This document shows positions 28,714 through 41,610 of a DNA stretch of 64,000 bases, one piece after another. This stretch comes from Paramecium tetraurelia (lineage: Eukaryota). Position 1 is the first letter of the stretch, and every line of letters begins with the position of its first letter. Both the position numbers and the translations under genes were made by a program. The stretch lies in contig CT868418.1 in NCBI GenBank assembly GCA_000165425.1, positions 124,001-188,000 on the forward strand. The letters run 5' to 3'. The notes under the pieces are model-generated. The model was given only the letters and a program-made list of their open reading frames with translations. It did no database searches and was not told the origin of the DNA.

Positions 28714-31700
28714 ATGTCAGATTAAGAAGAAGAGTCGCCCAGATAAGATGAATTCGGACAGAGGATAATAAAACTAAAGGAGTTAACTCCTCTTGAGAAG
28801 GAGTATTTTGACAAGGCTCGCTAAAGACACAAAGATAATATTTATAAAGATCAAATAGTTCAGGGTAGAAAATTTGAAGGAGTTGCTTTTATTTCTAAAC
28901 CAGCTGAGATAATTTTCAAAGTATTATGAGGATTCTTATTATAGGATTTTGATGTAGGTAAGCCACACACCATAATAATGTAACTTACCAATGTTTCTTA
29001 CACATTCAATTCATTCAAAATACTCCCATTGCCTGAAGCTGTTAGAGTAATTAATAAATGTTGAATTAAGGATTTTTTTGAACTGATATATACTCCACCT
29101 GGCAGAGTTTCAGCAGGCATGTCTTGTCCGATAACAGTTAGATTTACTCCATAATTAAATGATGACATAGATGTCTAATTACAATGTCAAGCCGAAACAG
29201 GGCCCTTTTAAATTCACATCCTATGCACAAGCAAGAAAGCAATTGCAAAAGTAGAATAACCTATCATTGATTTTGGCAAAGTTATTCTAGGAGAAGATTC
29301 AACTCTCATTCTCAAAATTCAAAATTTAGGAGCCCTAGACACAGATGTTATCATAAGAAGTGCAAAAGGCATAGATTTATAAACTATAGCTACTGAATCC
29401 GTCTCCTAAAAATCTAATAGAGACAGACCCTTTGATGAAGAGGGGATTTTGCCTTACTTGAAATAACTTAAATTCTAAAGACAACATGTCTTGCAAGGAT
29501 ATTCCATGCTTAAAATACCAATTCAATACATTCCAGCTGAAGTTGGTCCCTTTTCTCTGCCTCTCACATTGTATTATGAAAATTTCTTGCACTCTCCCCC
29601 TTGTCAAATTGAAATTAGAGGATATTGCACTGAAGTACCCATTTATGTAGAAAAACAAATTTATAATTTCCAAATTTGTTTATTCAACCATATTTACAGA
29701 GAAAAGATTGTGTTTTTCAATAGAAGTTAGAATGCAATGAAAATTTAAATTTAAACTCCAAAAGAGACTAAGGATTTCTTTGAGTTTAATCCAAAATTAG
29801 GATACATCTAAGGAAATTCAAAATTTGAGATTTGGGTCAAATTTAATGCAGAGAGACAATTACAAACAATTTGTCAAAGATTTTTTAAGGATAATGTTAT
29901 AGATGTTCCCTTTAAATTGATAGGTGCTGATTAGAAAATGCCTGTTCCCTTTAATATAGTTGCATAGATGACCATGGCTACTCTTTAGATTACACCTGCA
30001 AGATTAGACTTCGGTAAATTGTTTGATGGGTAAGGTGCAAAGAGAGCTATCACATTTGAAAATTTAAGCGATTTACCCTAAGAATTGGCAATCTACCCTT
30101 TACCAAAAGAGATTTCAATAACAACCGATTTAGTACCATTGCGTTTACTTCCTAAATAAAAATTTACAACAGATATAATATATAGAACTCAGAAAGTAAT
30201 TGGAATCAGTGATCGATAAGATGAAGGAATTTTAAAATGCAAAATAGTTTCAGGTACAATATCAACAAAGGAAATCAGAATACCTTATACTTGTGAAATT
30301 TCTAAATGTCCTCTAGAATTTTCAGGAATTAAATTTGATATTCCAGTCTAATAAATTGATGAAAAGTATTCAACCACCATTGATATCAAAAATATATCTT
30401 AAAGAGACATTATCATTGAATTCTTTTTACCATTCTACGAGTTGTGTGGTCTTAGAATGGCTCCGATGGTTCAATAAATTTAAAGAGATTAATTAATATA
30501 AGTACATTTGGAATATGACTCTTTCTTTAAAAAATTAGGAGCTTATACACTTTAAGAATTGAAAGAAAAATATGAAAATGATCCAAATAACAATTTCGAA
30601 TTGAGATTAAAAATTAGATATGAAGAAGAGGAAAGAAAGAAAAGGGAATAAGAGGAATTGAAAAAAGAAGAGGAAATGGCTGCTAAAGGTAAGGCTGCCA
30701 AAAAGGAAGTTAAAAAGGATTAAAAAAAACCAGAGAAATTAACAAAAGCTTAGTAGTAATAACTTGAAGAAGATGAAAGAAGACAAGCAGAATTGGAAAA
30801 ATTAAAACAAGAAGAAGAAAGATTGAAAAGAGAAGAATTTGAAAAATAGTTTGACAGTGCTAAAGAATTAAGAAATCTTGGAGGAACTCTTGTTGAATTC
30901 AATAAACCTGAAGATTTAAGTATTGTATCATTATATTCTATAAGATTATTCATAACACTATTCTTGGTTGATTCCATGTTATTTTAAATACACTGATATG
31001 CCAGATAATGCAAAATAAGTAATTTACTTATAGATTTCTACTGTCACAGTTCAAAAAAGTCTGCTCCTGAGTAAAACCATAATAGATTTTGGTGAAGTGG
31101 CAGTTGGAATTAGACAAACAAAAGAACTTACTGTTTTCAACCAAACTCCATTCAAAGCTGAATTAAAAATGGAGATGTTGCCCATCTCTTGTGGGTTTAC
31201 AATTTTAAATGCTCTCAGAACAATAGAACCTAGCAATAAGAAATCTTTAATTGTTTAATTCTAACCCACAGAGGATCAACCATTTGAGGAGACCTTAAAA
31301 CTATATTGCAATCATGCTGCAGTCTCAGCCAAATTGAAAGGAATAGGTGTTAGACCAGAAGTAAAGGTTGTACCAGAAAATGGGTTAATATCAGTTGGAG
31401 GAGTAGTATTGGGGGAGTATGCAGAAAGAACATTTAAAATAACAAACGTTTCAAATTTTCCAATAAAATTTTAATTAATAAGCAAGGCTAGGGGAGTTCA
31501 GAATTCATGTGGAACGGAGGTTTTTTAGTTTATACCGTAAGAGGCAATTGTGAATGCTTAATAGGAAATTACTTGCAAGGTGATTTTTAAACCGGATAGA
31601 GTTTCAGATAAATTTTATGATCTGATATCTGTGCATGTACCAAATCAGAAATCTGAGAAGAGGGTGTTTATTTGGGGGTACTGTTATAATCGTTAGGCTT

Positions 31701-32226
31701 ATGTCAATATTTATTAGCCTTATAATTTAATTCCTCAAATTAATGAAATTAACAAGAAGATTGAATTTCCCTTTGATCAGTTGAAACTAAAGGATGAGGA
31801 GAAGGTGTACACCTACTTGAACAACAAGATCATGCTTGAATTCGAGAAACTGAAAGAGGAGGATAACTCTAGGAAGATTGTAATAGGCAGTTGTAAGCTT
31901 TTGGATCCAAAGATGGAGAAGCCTGTGAATTATGAAGTAATATTGTCGGTAAGGCAATTCCTTATGGTTTTTAGAAAGATGAGAAATACTTTGTGTGTGA
32001 TAATCAAAAGGGGGCTATATAACCTGGAAATGAAGTGGTAATAACATTCACATTCAAACCTCCTCAGCCGGATTAGTTTATTGCGTCCATTGAGGCGTTG
32101 AAGAAGATCGGGTAATGGAAGGAGACGAAGATTGAGTTGAAAATATCAGGGGGGTTTTTAAAGGCAGGAGTGCAAGATAATATAAGCTACGAATTGATTC
32201 TGAAAGCATTCATTAATTAGATTTGA
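28714..32226 (+). CDS. CFAP74: CFAP74-like central-pair ciliary protein (ASH/Ig-like repeats)
   Basis: QIVQGRKFEGVAFISKPAEIIFKDFDVG...LTNVSYTFN...PPGRVSAGMSC; repeated IDFG/LDFG ASH motifs; several introns. Confidence 0.8.
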
Positions 32227-32261
32227 TTTCTATTAAAATAAGTTCATTTTGAATTAAATAT

Positions 32262-33813
32262 ATGATTTAAGTTTCTGATGTCACTTTATAGGAAGCTCTG
32301 GCTAAGAAAGAAGAGGGAAATAAGTTCTTCGCCGATAAGAAGTATGATGAAGCCATCAAATGCTATTCTGAAGCTATTGGTATTTAGTATTGATCATCTA
32401 TGGGTAGATCATAATCCAAATGAATCTGTATATTATTCCAATAGGGCTGCTTGCTATTTAGCATTAAAGCAATACAAAAAAGCTTTAGATGACACAGAAT
32501 AAGCATTGAAGAGGGATTCAAACAACGTAAAAACTTTGAGAAGGAAAGCGATTGCCCTTTAAAATTTGGGGCGATTGGAAGAAAGTGTGAATTCGCTGAA
32601 TGCCGCCTTATAAATAGCTCCTGGGGATTAATCATTGAAATCAGAGTATTTGACAGCCCAACAGGTAAAAATAATAGATTAAATTAGACTTGTTAAAGCT
32701 ATTTGGAAGGTTTGAAATAAATTCAAAATGAAGATTATTAAAAGGCCTTATATTAATTTTAATAAGTTATATAAGTGTGTGCGCAATCTTTGGAAATTTA
32801 GATCCTATTTGTTGAATGTTTGGCTAAGTGTGGTGATAACGACAGGGCTAGCAAATGGCTTATGCAAATTTAAAGTGAACATGGATCAACTCCCGATGTG
32901 TATTACTTAAAAGGAATCATTGACTTATATAACGGGAATAGTGAAAGAGCAAAGAAAATCCTAATTGACGGTATGAAGGTCGATCCAGACAATAAGAAGT
33001 GCAGAGAAGCTTTGAAGAAGGCAAGGAAGTGCGAAGAATTGAAGGAAAAAGGAAATCAATTACTTCAAGAAGTGAAATTAAATGATGCCATCGAATGTTA
33101 CACAGAAGCTTTGAGTGTCGATCCTTACAATCGTAAAATCAATTCAATTATCTATGCCAATAGAGGATTAGGTATTAGATTTGATTCAATTTAGTTAAAT
33201 AAAAACTGAATCAACACAAGGAAGCCATTGATGATTTCACTAAATCTATTGAATTGAATCCCTAATACTATAAAGCCTTAATAAGGAGAGCTGAATCATA
33301 TGACAAGCTAGGATAATTTGGAGACTCTTGCCATGATTACTAACAAGTTATTCAAATTGAACCCTAATTGGAATAGGAAATGGCATAGAAATTGAGAGAA
33401 GCCCAAAAGAAAGAGAAATTAGCAAAGAAGAAGGACTATTATAAAATATTAGAAGTTGCAAGAGATGCCACAGAAAATGAAATCAAAAAATCATATAGAA
33501 GATTGGCATTGTTATGGCATCCTGATAAATTGAAAGATAAAGATGAAGAAACCAAAGTACCAATTACTTATTAACTAAACTCTAGACATTAGGATAATAG
33601 AAGTTTAGAGATATTGCTGAAGCATATGCAGTGTTATCTGATAAAAAAAAGAAGGATCTCTATGATTCAGGAGTTGATCCTAACGATCAAAGTGGTGGTT
33701 ATGATGGTGGAGTCGATCCTACTCAAGTCTTCTAGATGTTCTTCGGTGGTGGAGGAGGTTTCCAATAATTCCCATTTGGGGGAGGTGGAGGAGTTCGTTT
33801 TGAATTTAGATGA
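32262..33813 (+). CDS. DNAJC7: TPR + J-domain co-chaperone (DNAJC7/Tpr2-like)
   Basis: [22 protein letters not shown]...YANRG TPRs; [11 protein letters not shown]...WHPDK; G/F-rich tail. Confidence 0.9.
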
Positions 33814-33869
33814 AGTCAAACATCAATAATTTTAATGTTAAAAATAAATAATGTCTTTCAATTTTTAAA

Positions 33870-35261
33870 ATAACTGGGTCTTGATTCAAGCAATTGCCAT
33901 AATCACAAACAGTAGGAGCTCTCTATTCTAATCAATCAATGCTACTCGAATAAGTCCTTATATCACAGGGATAATTATTCGATTGGCAAAATCTAATGAA
34001 TCGTCTGAATTTAATAAGCTTAAAGTACCCAGAGAAATTAGGAACTTTGATTCTTTAAGATGAAAAAGAACCAACCAGCTCATTCTTATTTTAACTTACT
34101 CTCCTTTTAATGTGGCAATAATCGTAATTTATACCTTTTGTAAGGAGGTCAAAATATTAATTATGTATCATAAGCTTTAATGAAGGCATTTTAAACTATG
34201 ATTCAATTAAGTGTATTATGGTTTGTGATTCTACTTGTACATGGAATATTTGCAACAAAACTATTAAAGGGTTGTTTATACTATTATTCTACATTTTTCA
34301 ATTGTTATTGTAAGTAAAGAATAAATGGGCTTGTATGCGTAATGATGATTCATGGGTAAATAAGATATTAGGATTTGATAATTTATTTGATAGTGCTTTA
34401 ACCTAGTTTATTACTGCAACTACTGAGGCTTGGCTCCCAATTTTTGTAGATAAATGGAGTTTTATAGGAACAAATTGTGCTTTGATTAATAATTCTATTA
34501 GATGGTGGGCAATATGTTTTTAAATGTTTTTTTATGTTAATGTATGCTCAACATTTTTATATGCTTGATTGTAAACACAATTTAAGAATCCATTTAATAT
34601 TGTATTTTGATATCTGCAAATCAAATTTCTGTCAGATTTATAGTGAAATAGAATAGAAAAGAGATATGTTTTAATTATTGATTATTTTGGAAGTATTCAT
34701 ATTGCAGTATGAGTAGCATTCCAACTCTTAAGAAATTACTGTATAATAAGGTAAAATTCAGTATATTTTAAGGCGTTTCCCAGTTAAAGAAATTATTCAA
34801 TATAATATTTCAGTCATCCCTTCTGCATTAGCAACGATATTTATTATAGCTTTGTTTCTTTTTATCTATGTCTCCTTGGGAATGGATCTATTAGGTTATT
34901 TGAAACCATAGAATTACCTTGAAGGGTTTGATCTCCATTTTCAAAAATTTACAACTGCTATGTTATCTCTAATCTAATCAGAGCAGCGAGTTCGGAATAA
35001 TGGTGGGCTTTGTCAGTTCACACTAGCACACGAGGTTTCGTTGGCATTTACATTAAAGTTATTAAGATTTAATAACATGAGTTAATGGATATGGAACAAA
35101 TAAAACTAATTTTCCTTAGGGCTTTGGAAATTTCACTGTATGAAGTTGAATAAGGTCTGATGGGTCATCTCTTTCATGATGTCCTTGTTAGTTTAATTAA
35201 ATTATATGTCGAATTAAATTATGGTTTCAGCAATCAAATAGGAACTTTAGAATTAAAATGA
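33870..35261 (+). pseudogene. pseudogene of a four-domain voltage-gated cation (Cav/Nav-like) channel
   Basis: Pore loop WVNKILGFDNLFDSALTQFITATTEAW; S5 IFIIALFLFIYVSLGMDL; second pore loop broken by a frameshift; internal TGA and large deletions. Confidence 0.75.
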
Positions 35262-35400
35262 AATTGAAAGAAATGCTTCTTATAATAAAGATTGATTCTA
35301 TTTTAAACATTTATTTATTTATTATTGAATTTATTTTCATAATCAATTATTCTGTTATATTTTTTATGAAAATAATACATTTAATTTATAAATTTTACAA

Positions 35401-36400
35401 ATGGATTAGCAAGAATTTAATTGTTACTCATGCAATAAGTTATTTAAATAAAAGCGTGCTTTATAAGAACATTAATTAATCCATTCTGGGGAGAAGCCCT
35501 ACAAATGGTTAGTTTTTATCAATAATTTGCTAGTGTAACTTGTAATTAATAGTTTCGACAATATTCCTCATTATAAAAGCATGATCGCATTCATACAGGA
35601 GAAAAGCCATATTCTTGTTAAGATTGTGATTCGAAATTCTCTTAAATATCAAATTTGAAAAGACACCAATTCAAACATTAAGAACAGAAGCCTTTTACTT
35701 GCGATGTTTGTCAAAAGCAATTCATTACGAATTAAAATTATTAATAACATAAAAACAAACACAATCAACAAAGGTAAAGTTATGTATGTGAATGCAATCG
35801 AACTTTTCTTTATAAGTGTAGTTTAAAAAAACATTAAAAAATTCATTAAAAGCTTGATAACACAGATTAATTTATAAATCTTTCACAAATAAATCAAATT
35901 TCAGCAGATCTCAGAATATTTTTTACTGCCTCCCATCCTTAAATTCTTCATTCAAATCATATTGATATATTATTTAATGGGCGATTGTATAATTATAATG
36001 AATGTAAGTATTTAATTATTAAAATCAAGCAACTGGCAGAATTGAATTGCATGATTTGATTGATTAATAAAAATAAAATTGTGATCCAATTAAAGATCAT
36101 CAACATTTTGATTCACAAACACAATATGATTTAATTAAATGCATAGATTGTAAATAAGAAAAATGTTGTTGCAAATAAAAACAATTTTTTAATAATTGCT
36201 GTTTAGCTTGCAATGGTGGAAATTGTGGAGAAACTCCATTTGCAATATCCTAAGTAATACATTTTCATGGTCCAAATTGTGGTCATCCAATCGTTATACA
36301 TGATGGACATATCGATTATTTAGTTAATGAAAGGTTGCACTTTCCTCATGATGGCCATTGTGACAATCATGGAATTTTGAATAGAATTAGAGTGAAATGA
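35401..36400 (+). CDS. C2H2 zinc-finger protein (5 fingers) with Cys- and His-rich C-terminal domain
   Basis: CYSC..H...HSGEKPYKC, HTGEKPYSC, QKPFTC linkers; two introns; C-terminal HFHGPNCGHPIVIHDGHIDYL...HFPHDGHCDNHG. Confidence 0.9.
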
Positions 36401-36429
36401 CAATATAATTAATATAATTCAAATATAAA

Positions 36430-38395
36430 ATGGATTTGAATTCAGATGAATTTTTTTTTGGTATAAACAAGTCTTTGTACTTTAAAACTGAAGAATAAAA
36501 GAATGAAATGAAAAAAATGGATCCAGAGTACATTACTAGGACGTATGATATAATAAAATGTTAAGCGGAACCGATTTTGTATTATTGCCCAATTCTCCTG
36601 AATTCATTAACCACAACGAACCATTTGAACCTATGTATATACCAAAGCAAACAATTCTGGAGGAAAGTCTAAGAAGAGAGATTGAAAGAATATGTTTTGC
36701 AGATACTTTGTTGAATAAAGTAGTTTTCGATTGTGCAGATCCTAGTCCTTTTAATAAGGTAAATTAGTCAAAAAATGTTAATTTTTATAGGATACTGATC
36801 CAAATGTCTATGGATTAGAGGTATTGCCTTTTTATATACCTTAAACAAAAGAAGACACAACTTTAGTTTTTGAAAGTAGATTTGAAAGTGGGAATCTAAG
36901 AAGAGCAATTTAGATGTAAAAAATGAATAAAGAATTTTAGATGCGATTACGAGTATAATCTAATTCTCAAACCAGATTATTACACAACAATGAATACTTA
37001 ATGGTTTTACTTCTCATTATCAAATACGAGAAAGGATGTCGAGTATCGGTTCAATATAATAAATATGATGAAGCCTGATTCGTTATACAATTCAGGAATG
37101 AAACCCTTAATGTATTCAGAACAAGGAGCAAAGCATAAAAGTATAATATTAAAATATTATTAGAAATTGGGTGGTTTAGAGATGGACATGAAATATGTTA
37201 TTACTAGAACAATATGAAAAGAAAGAATGGTGGGTATTATTACACTTTGACATTTGCAGTCAAATTCCAATATGATTTTGATTGCATTTATATAGCTCAT
37301 TGTTATCCTTATACATATACTCATTTGTGTAGGTATTTGAAACAATTGGAATCTGATCCAGCAAAAAAAAATAGAGTGAAAAGAAAATAACTTTGTTAGA
37401 CAATTGCTGGAAATACTTGTGATTTTTTGATTATTGGTGATTTTAATAATGGGAAAGAGAAAAAGGGTATTGTTATTACATCTCGAGTTCATCCAGGAGA
37501 AACTATGGCTAGTTATGTTATGGAGTATATGATAGATTTCTTAACTGGTAATACTCATGAAGCGAGAATCTTGAGAGAGAATTTTATATTTAAAATTGTT
37601 CCAATGCTTAATATTGATGGAGTTGTAAATGGAAATTATAGATGTAATTTAGCAGGTGTTGATTTAAATAGATAATGGATAGATCCTAATAAAAAATAAC
37701 ATCCCACTATTTATCATACCAAATAATTAGTTAAAAAAACAAAAGAGGAAAGAGACCTAGTGTTATTTTGTGATATCCATGGTCATTCAAGGAAGAAGAA
37801 CATATTCATGTATGGATGTTCAGGAAAGGATCCGAATAGAAAAGAATTAGTGTTCCCTATGCTCAATAGAAATAATTGTAGTGTCTTCTCATTCAAGGAC
37901 TGTTGTTTCTTACTCTAGAAAGATAGAGAAGGGTCTGCAAGAGTAATTATGAATTATCATTACTAAGATTGCTCTGTGGAGAGAATTCTCAATAATTAAT
38001 TGTTATACACTAGAAATGTCATTTTGTGGAGCTGATTTTGGTAAATACGAGTATTTTCATTTTAATTTGGATATCTACAAAGAAATTGCTTAATCATTTT
38101 GTCTGTCTATAATCGATTGCTATGAACCAGAATAGATCAAAGTTAAGTAGGTGATGGAAGAGATAGAGTAGAACAGTCTGAAGAATCAACAAAAAGATGA
38201 TAAGAACAATTCAGGAGATGAAGGATCCGATTACTCTAATGATGATCCAAAGGAGTAAGCAATGCCCCAGTAAATTCAAGTTTAGACCAATGATTAATGT
38301 AATTATTTATTAATGTCTATGTAGAATTGGGTTCATAGACCAAAAAACTTAAAAAAATACCACTTCTACCTCCAAAGAAGAAAAAAGGACTATGA
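36430..38395 (+). CDS. cytosolic carboxypeptidase (M14D, CCP/Nna1/AGBL tubulin deglutamylase family)
   Basis: [56 protein letters not shown]. Confidence 0.93.
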
Positions 38396-38436
38396 ATATG
38401 CATTAGAATAATTAACTGATTAAATAATTTAAATTT

Positions 38437-39124
38437 ATGAATTATCCACCTTGGGGGACAGTCATGGGATAACCATTTGGTGTTCCAGCTTATTCTAACA
38501 TTGGATTCGTCTTCGACAGAAATAAAATCCATGAATATCAGTGTTATTGGCCCAAAGAAGAAACTGGTTTAGCAAGAGATGTTTATATTGGATTTAAGTA
38601 TATCTCAAATCTTAATTTAGATATCAATGTGTTGAATATGCAAGAAGATTTCTAACCTTGTATTTTAAAGCTGCCTTCTAAGATGTTCCACATGCCCATC
38701 ATATTTGGGCACTTGAGACAATAGAAGATTGCACAAAAGAAGAAGGAACGTTCCCTTTTGTCAATTTCCCAAACGGCTCTAAAGAGTTTGTTATTCATTT
38801 TATGTAGACCACCCAAGATTGGAGATATCATCATCTATCCTTACTCAAAGGAACAAAGATTTGGCCATGTTGGAGTTATTATCAATGTGAATTTGGAAGA
38901 AAAGATTGTTGATATTGCTGAACAAAATTACGAAGAGGCTGGATGGGAATGTCCAGAATATGCAAGAAGATTGATCTTGAAAATTTAAGATGGATAGTAT
39001 TTCATAACAAATAAAAGAATTGGGTTATATTTCAATTTTATCCTATAGAAAACCTTATGATAATTGGGACGCCAAGGAAGAAATATTTGGATGGAAGAGA
39101 ATAGACTTTAACCCAAAGCTATGA
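38437..39124 (+). CDS. stand-alone CHAP-domain amidase (glutathionylspermidine amidase-like)
   Basis: GVPAYSN, GFKYQCVEYARR, PKIGDIII, FGHVGVI, IAEQNY, IFGWKR; three introns. Confidence 0.88.
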
Positions 39125-39731
39125 CTGTTAATTTAATTCATTTTTGAATTCTAATTGCTCTAAAACTTATTATATAATTTTATGCTAAATGTTAATTAAA
39201 ATTTGATTCAAAAATTGAATTAGCAAGTTAAATGAAAAGTAAGAAGGAAATTATAAAGATATAACATTCCTCAATAGAGATTAAAAATATACTTAAAATA
39301 GTGATATCTTCTTACTGACAATTACTTCAAAGTCTCATCCCATCTATCATAAATGATATTTTTGAATTTCTATTCATTTTTAAGGATCCTAATATCAAAA
39401 TTTCTGAAACTTCTTTTCCCAAATTATTGATCCTTTAAATCCTGTTTGAAGTATCGAATTTAATATATTAAAACATTTAAGGTAAATTATTCTCAATTGT
39501 AAAGAAAGAATAAAGCATAAAAGAAATGCAATTAAATATATTCTAGCCATCCTCATGACATTTGAGAATGCACAATGTGATATGGATAATTATCCTTTGA
39601 TTTTTGTTCATTTTATATTGAAATATAGATATTTATATAAAAACTTTCAACAAAATAGGGTTAGTTGTCAAGTACTTGAAGAATTCTAGATTTGATTAAG
39701 TAATTTCTTATAATATTACCATATATAATAA

Positions 39732-40904
39732 TCAAATTAAATCACAATAAAGACTGTATATAAAAATTTCCAATTCAGATTAAAAATGATTTTATATAGA
39801 ATTTTTAGTATCTGATAAAGTTTTTTCATACTCACTATCTATGATTTTTTCAATTTCATAAATTGCATTTTATTTAAAATCAGCTAAATCAACCATTTTA
39901 TTAAAAACATTTTTATCAAAATCATTAACGAATTCAGTATCTACAATAATATCATGACCTAATTGATAATTCTAATTGATGTAAAAATTTAACTAATTCT
40001 AAAATTTTGATATTTCATTCTTATAGTTATTTTAAAGGGAGTCAATTTTTTATAATAAATTTTTAAACTTTGCAGTCAATTTATCAAAAGATTGTTAGTC
40101 ATATGTATATTCAGGACTCAGATAAAAATGTTATAATAAAATTGCTTTTAGAACTGAATGAGTTAATTGAAAACTATATTTTTTGTCCTTAAATAACTCA
40201 TTCAAAGCTTTGATCTATTCTTAATTCCAAGACATATTATAAATAGACTAATCTTAATCATCTTTTAATCTATCGTTGTAGTTGATACCTTGAATTAAAA
40301 GTTCTAAATTGTCTTAAGTAACAACTTATTTACTATTTATAAGCTAATATAATTCTTATATTAGTTGTATTAGATTTTAATTATCTTTTTATTTCTTCGC
40401 ACACGAAGAGTTATTAGCAAATTAGATTGATAAATCGAAATTAATAAATCTCACATCTATATATTTAAAGCAATTTACAAAATATAAATCTTTTTTTGAT
40501 ACTATTAAAATATTATCAGCACTTATATTATTGAGATATAATTAATGATCATGCCAAATTAATTATTTTTCCATAAAAATACTCCAAATTAATATTTAGA
40601 CTACCTTTATTTATATCTTATCTATTTTACCTTTCTTAAGCTTTTCAATAAATATCTTAAGTGGCAGCATAAATCTATGATTACCTAGGTAATATTAATA
40701 AGTGGTATTGTTTTCATCTTCTTTTAAACCATTTGGTTGATTGTTATAATATTAATTCTGATGTATGAAATTATTTTTTTAATTTTCAAAATACTCCTTC
40801 ACCCTTTTAGTTTGATTATTAGTGAAACTATTTTGACAGAATTTAAGAAAGTAAGGAACATCCAAACTCAAAGGTTAGTTTTATTAATCTTTATTTTCAC
40901 TCAT
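39732..40904 (-). CDS. hypothetical protein with degenerate kinase-like motifs (possible pseudokinase)
   Basis: Intronless open frame; WHDHQLYLNNISADNILI and VRFINFD resemble degenerate catalytic-loop and DFG motifs. Confidence 0.55.
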
Positions 40905-41610
40905 TCTAATTTTTATAGAATTAGAATTTTTAAATAATAATTATTAAATGCAAACAAGAATCGGAATTGAATATTATTACAATTAAATACTTTAGAATTT
41001 AGAAGTTTTTAGTTTACTAATACTTTAATAAATTCATAATAGTATTCATACTAATCAAAGGCAGAATCCAATTCAACATCCTTAATGGTGAAGTTTTATT
41101 TCTTTTTGGAGATATATACAATTTTAAATATTTCCTATTCTACGTAATATCATTTAAAGGATAAACTGTTTTATATAAGGATGATGAATTTGAAAGAAAT
41201 GTTGGTATCATTAATTTCTAATTAAAAAAATATAAATGAAGAATATGATTATAAAGTTGGTATACGAAATTTATAAAAAATTGTAAAGCAAGAGACTTTA
41301 GTGGATTTAAATATTTTTATTACTTTTTTCTCATCTAATGATATTAAATAATCATAAGCAGCATAAAAATAAAATACTTATTCTAAAATATAAAGAAACA
41401 ATAAAGAATTAACAAAAGATAAAATTTAGGAACATCGGAATTTTTAAAATTTACAATAGAAAAAATGCAAATATATATTGAAAGAGGATTAAATTCAAGA
41501 AATTATATAAATTCTTATAATTAGATAAAAGAAATAGTTAATTTTTAGTTTTAACTTTAGAAGAAGAAATAAATATGAATAATCATAAAATATTGAAAGA
41601 GAATCTAGAA

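Noticed and set aside
32271..32291. Candidate 21-nt first intron of DNAJC7
   Set aside because: In frame and stopless, translates plausibly (VSDVTLQ); cannot be called an intron without cDNA
35401..39124. Operon-like cluster of zinc-finger, zinc carboxypeptidase and amidase genes
   Set aside because: Tight same-strand spacing occurs throughout the window; no evidence of a functional link
40948..41560. Possible plus-strand gene
   Set aside because: Early TGA stops and no motif; not supportable
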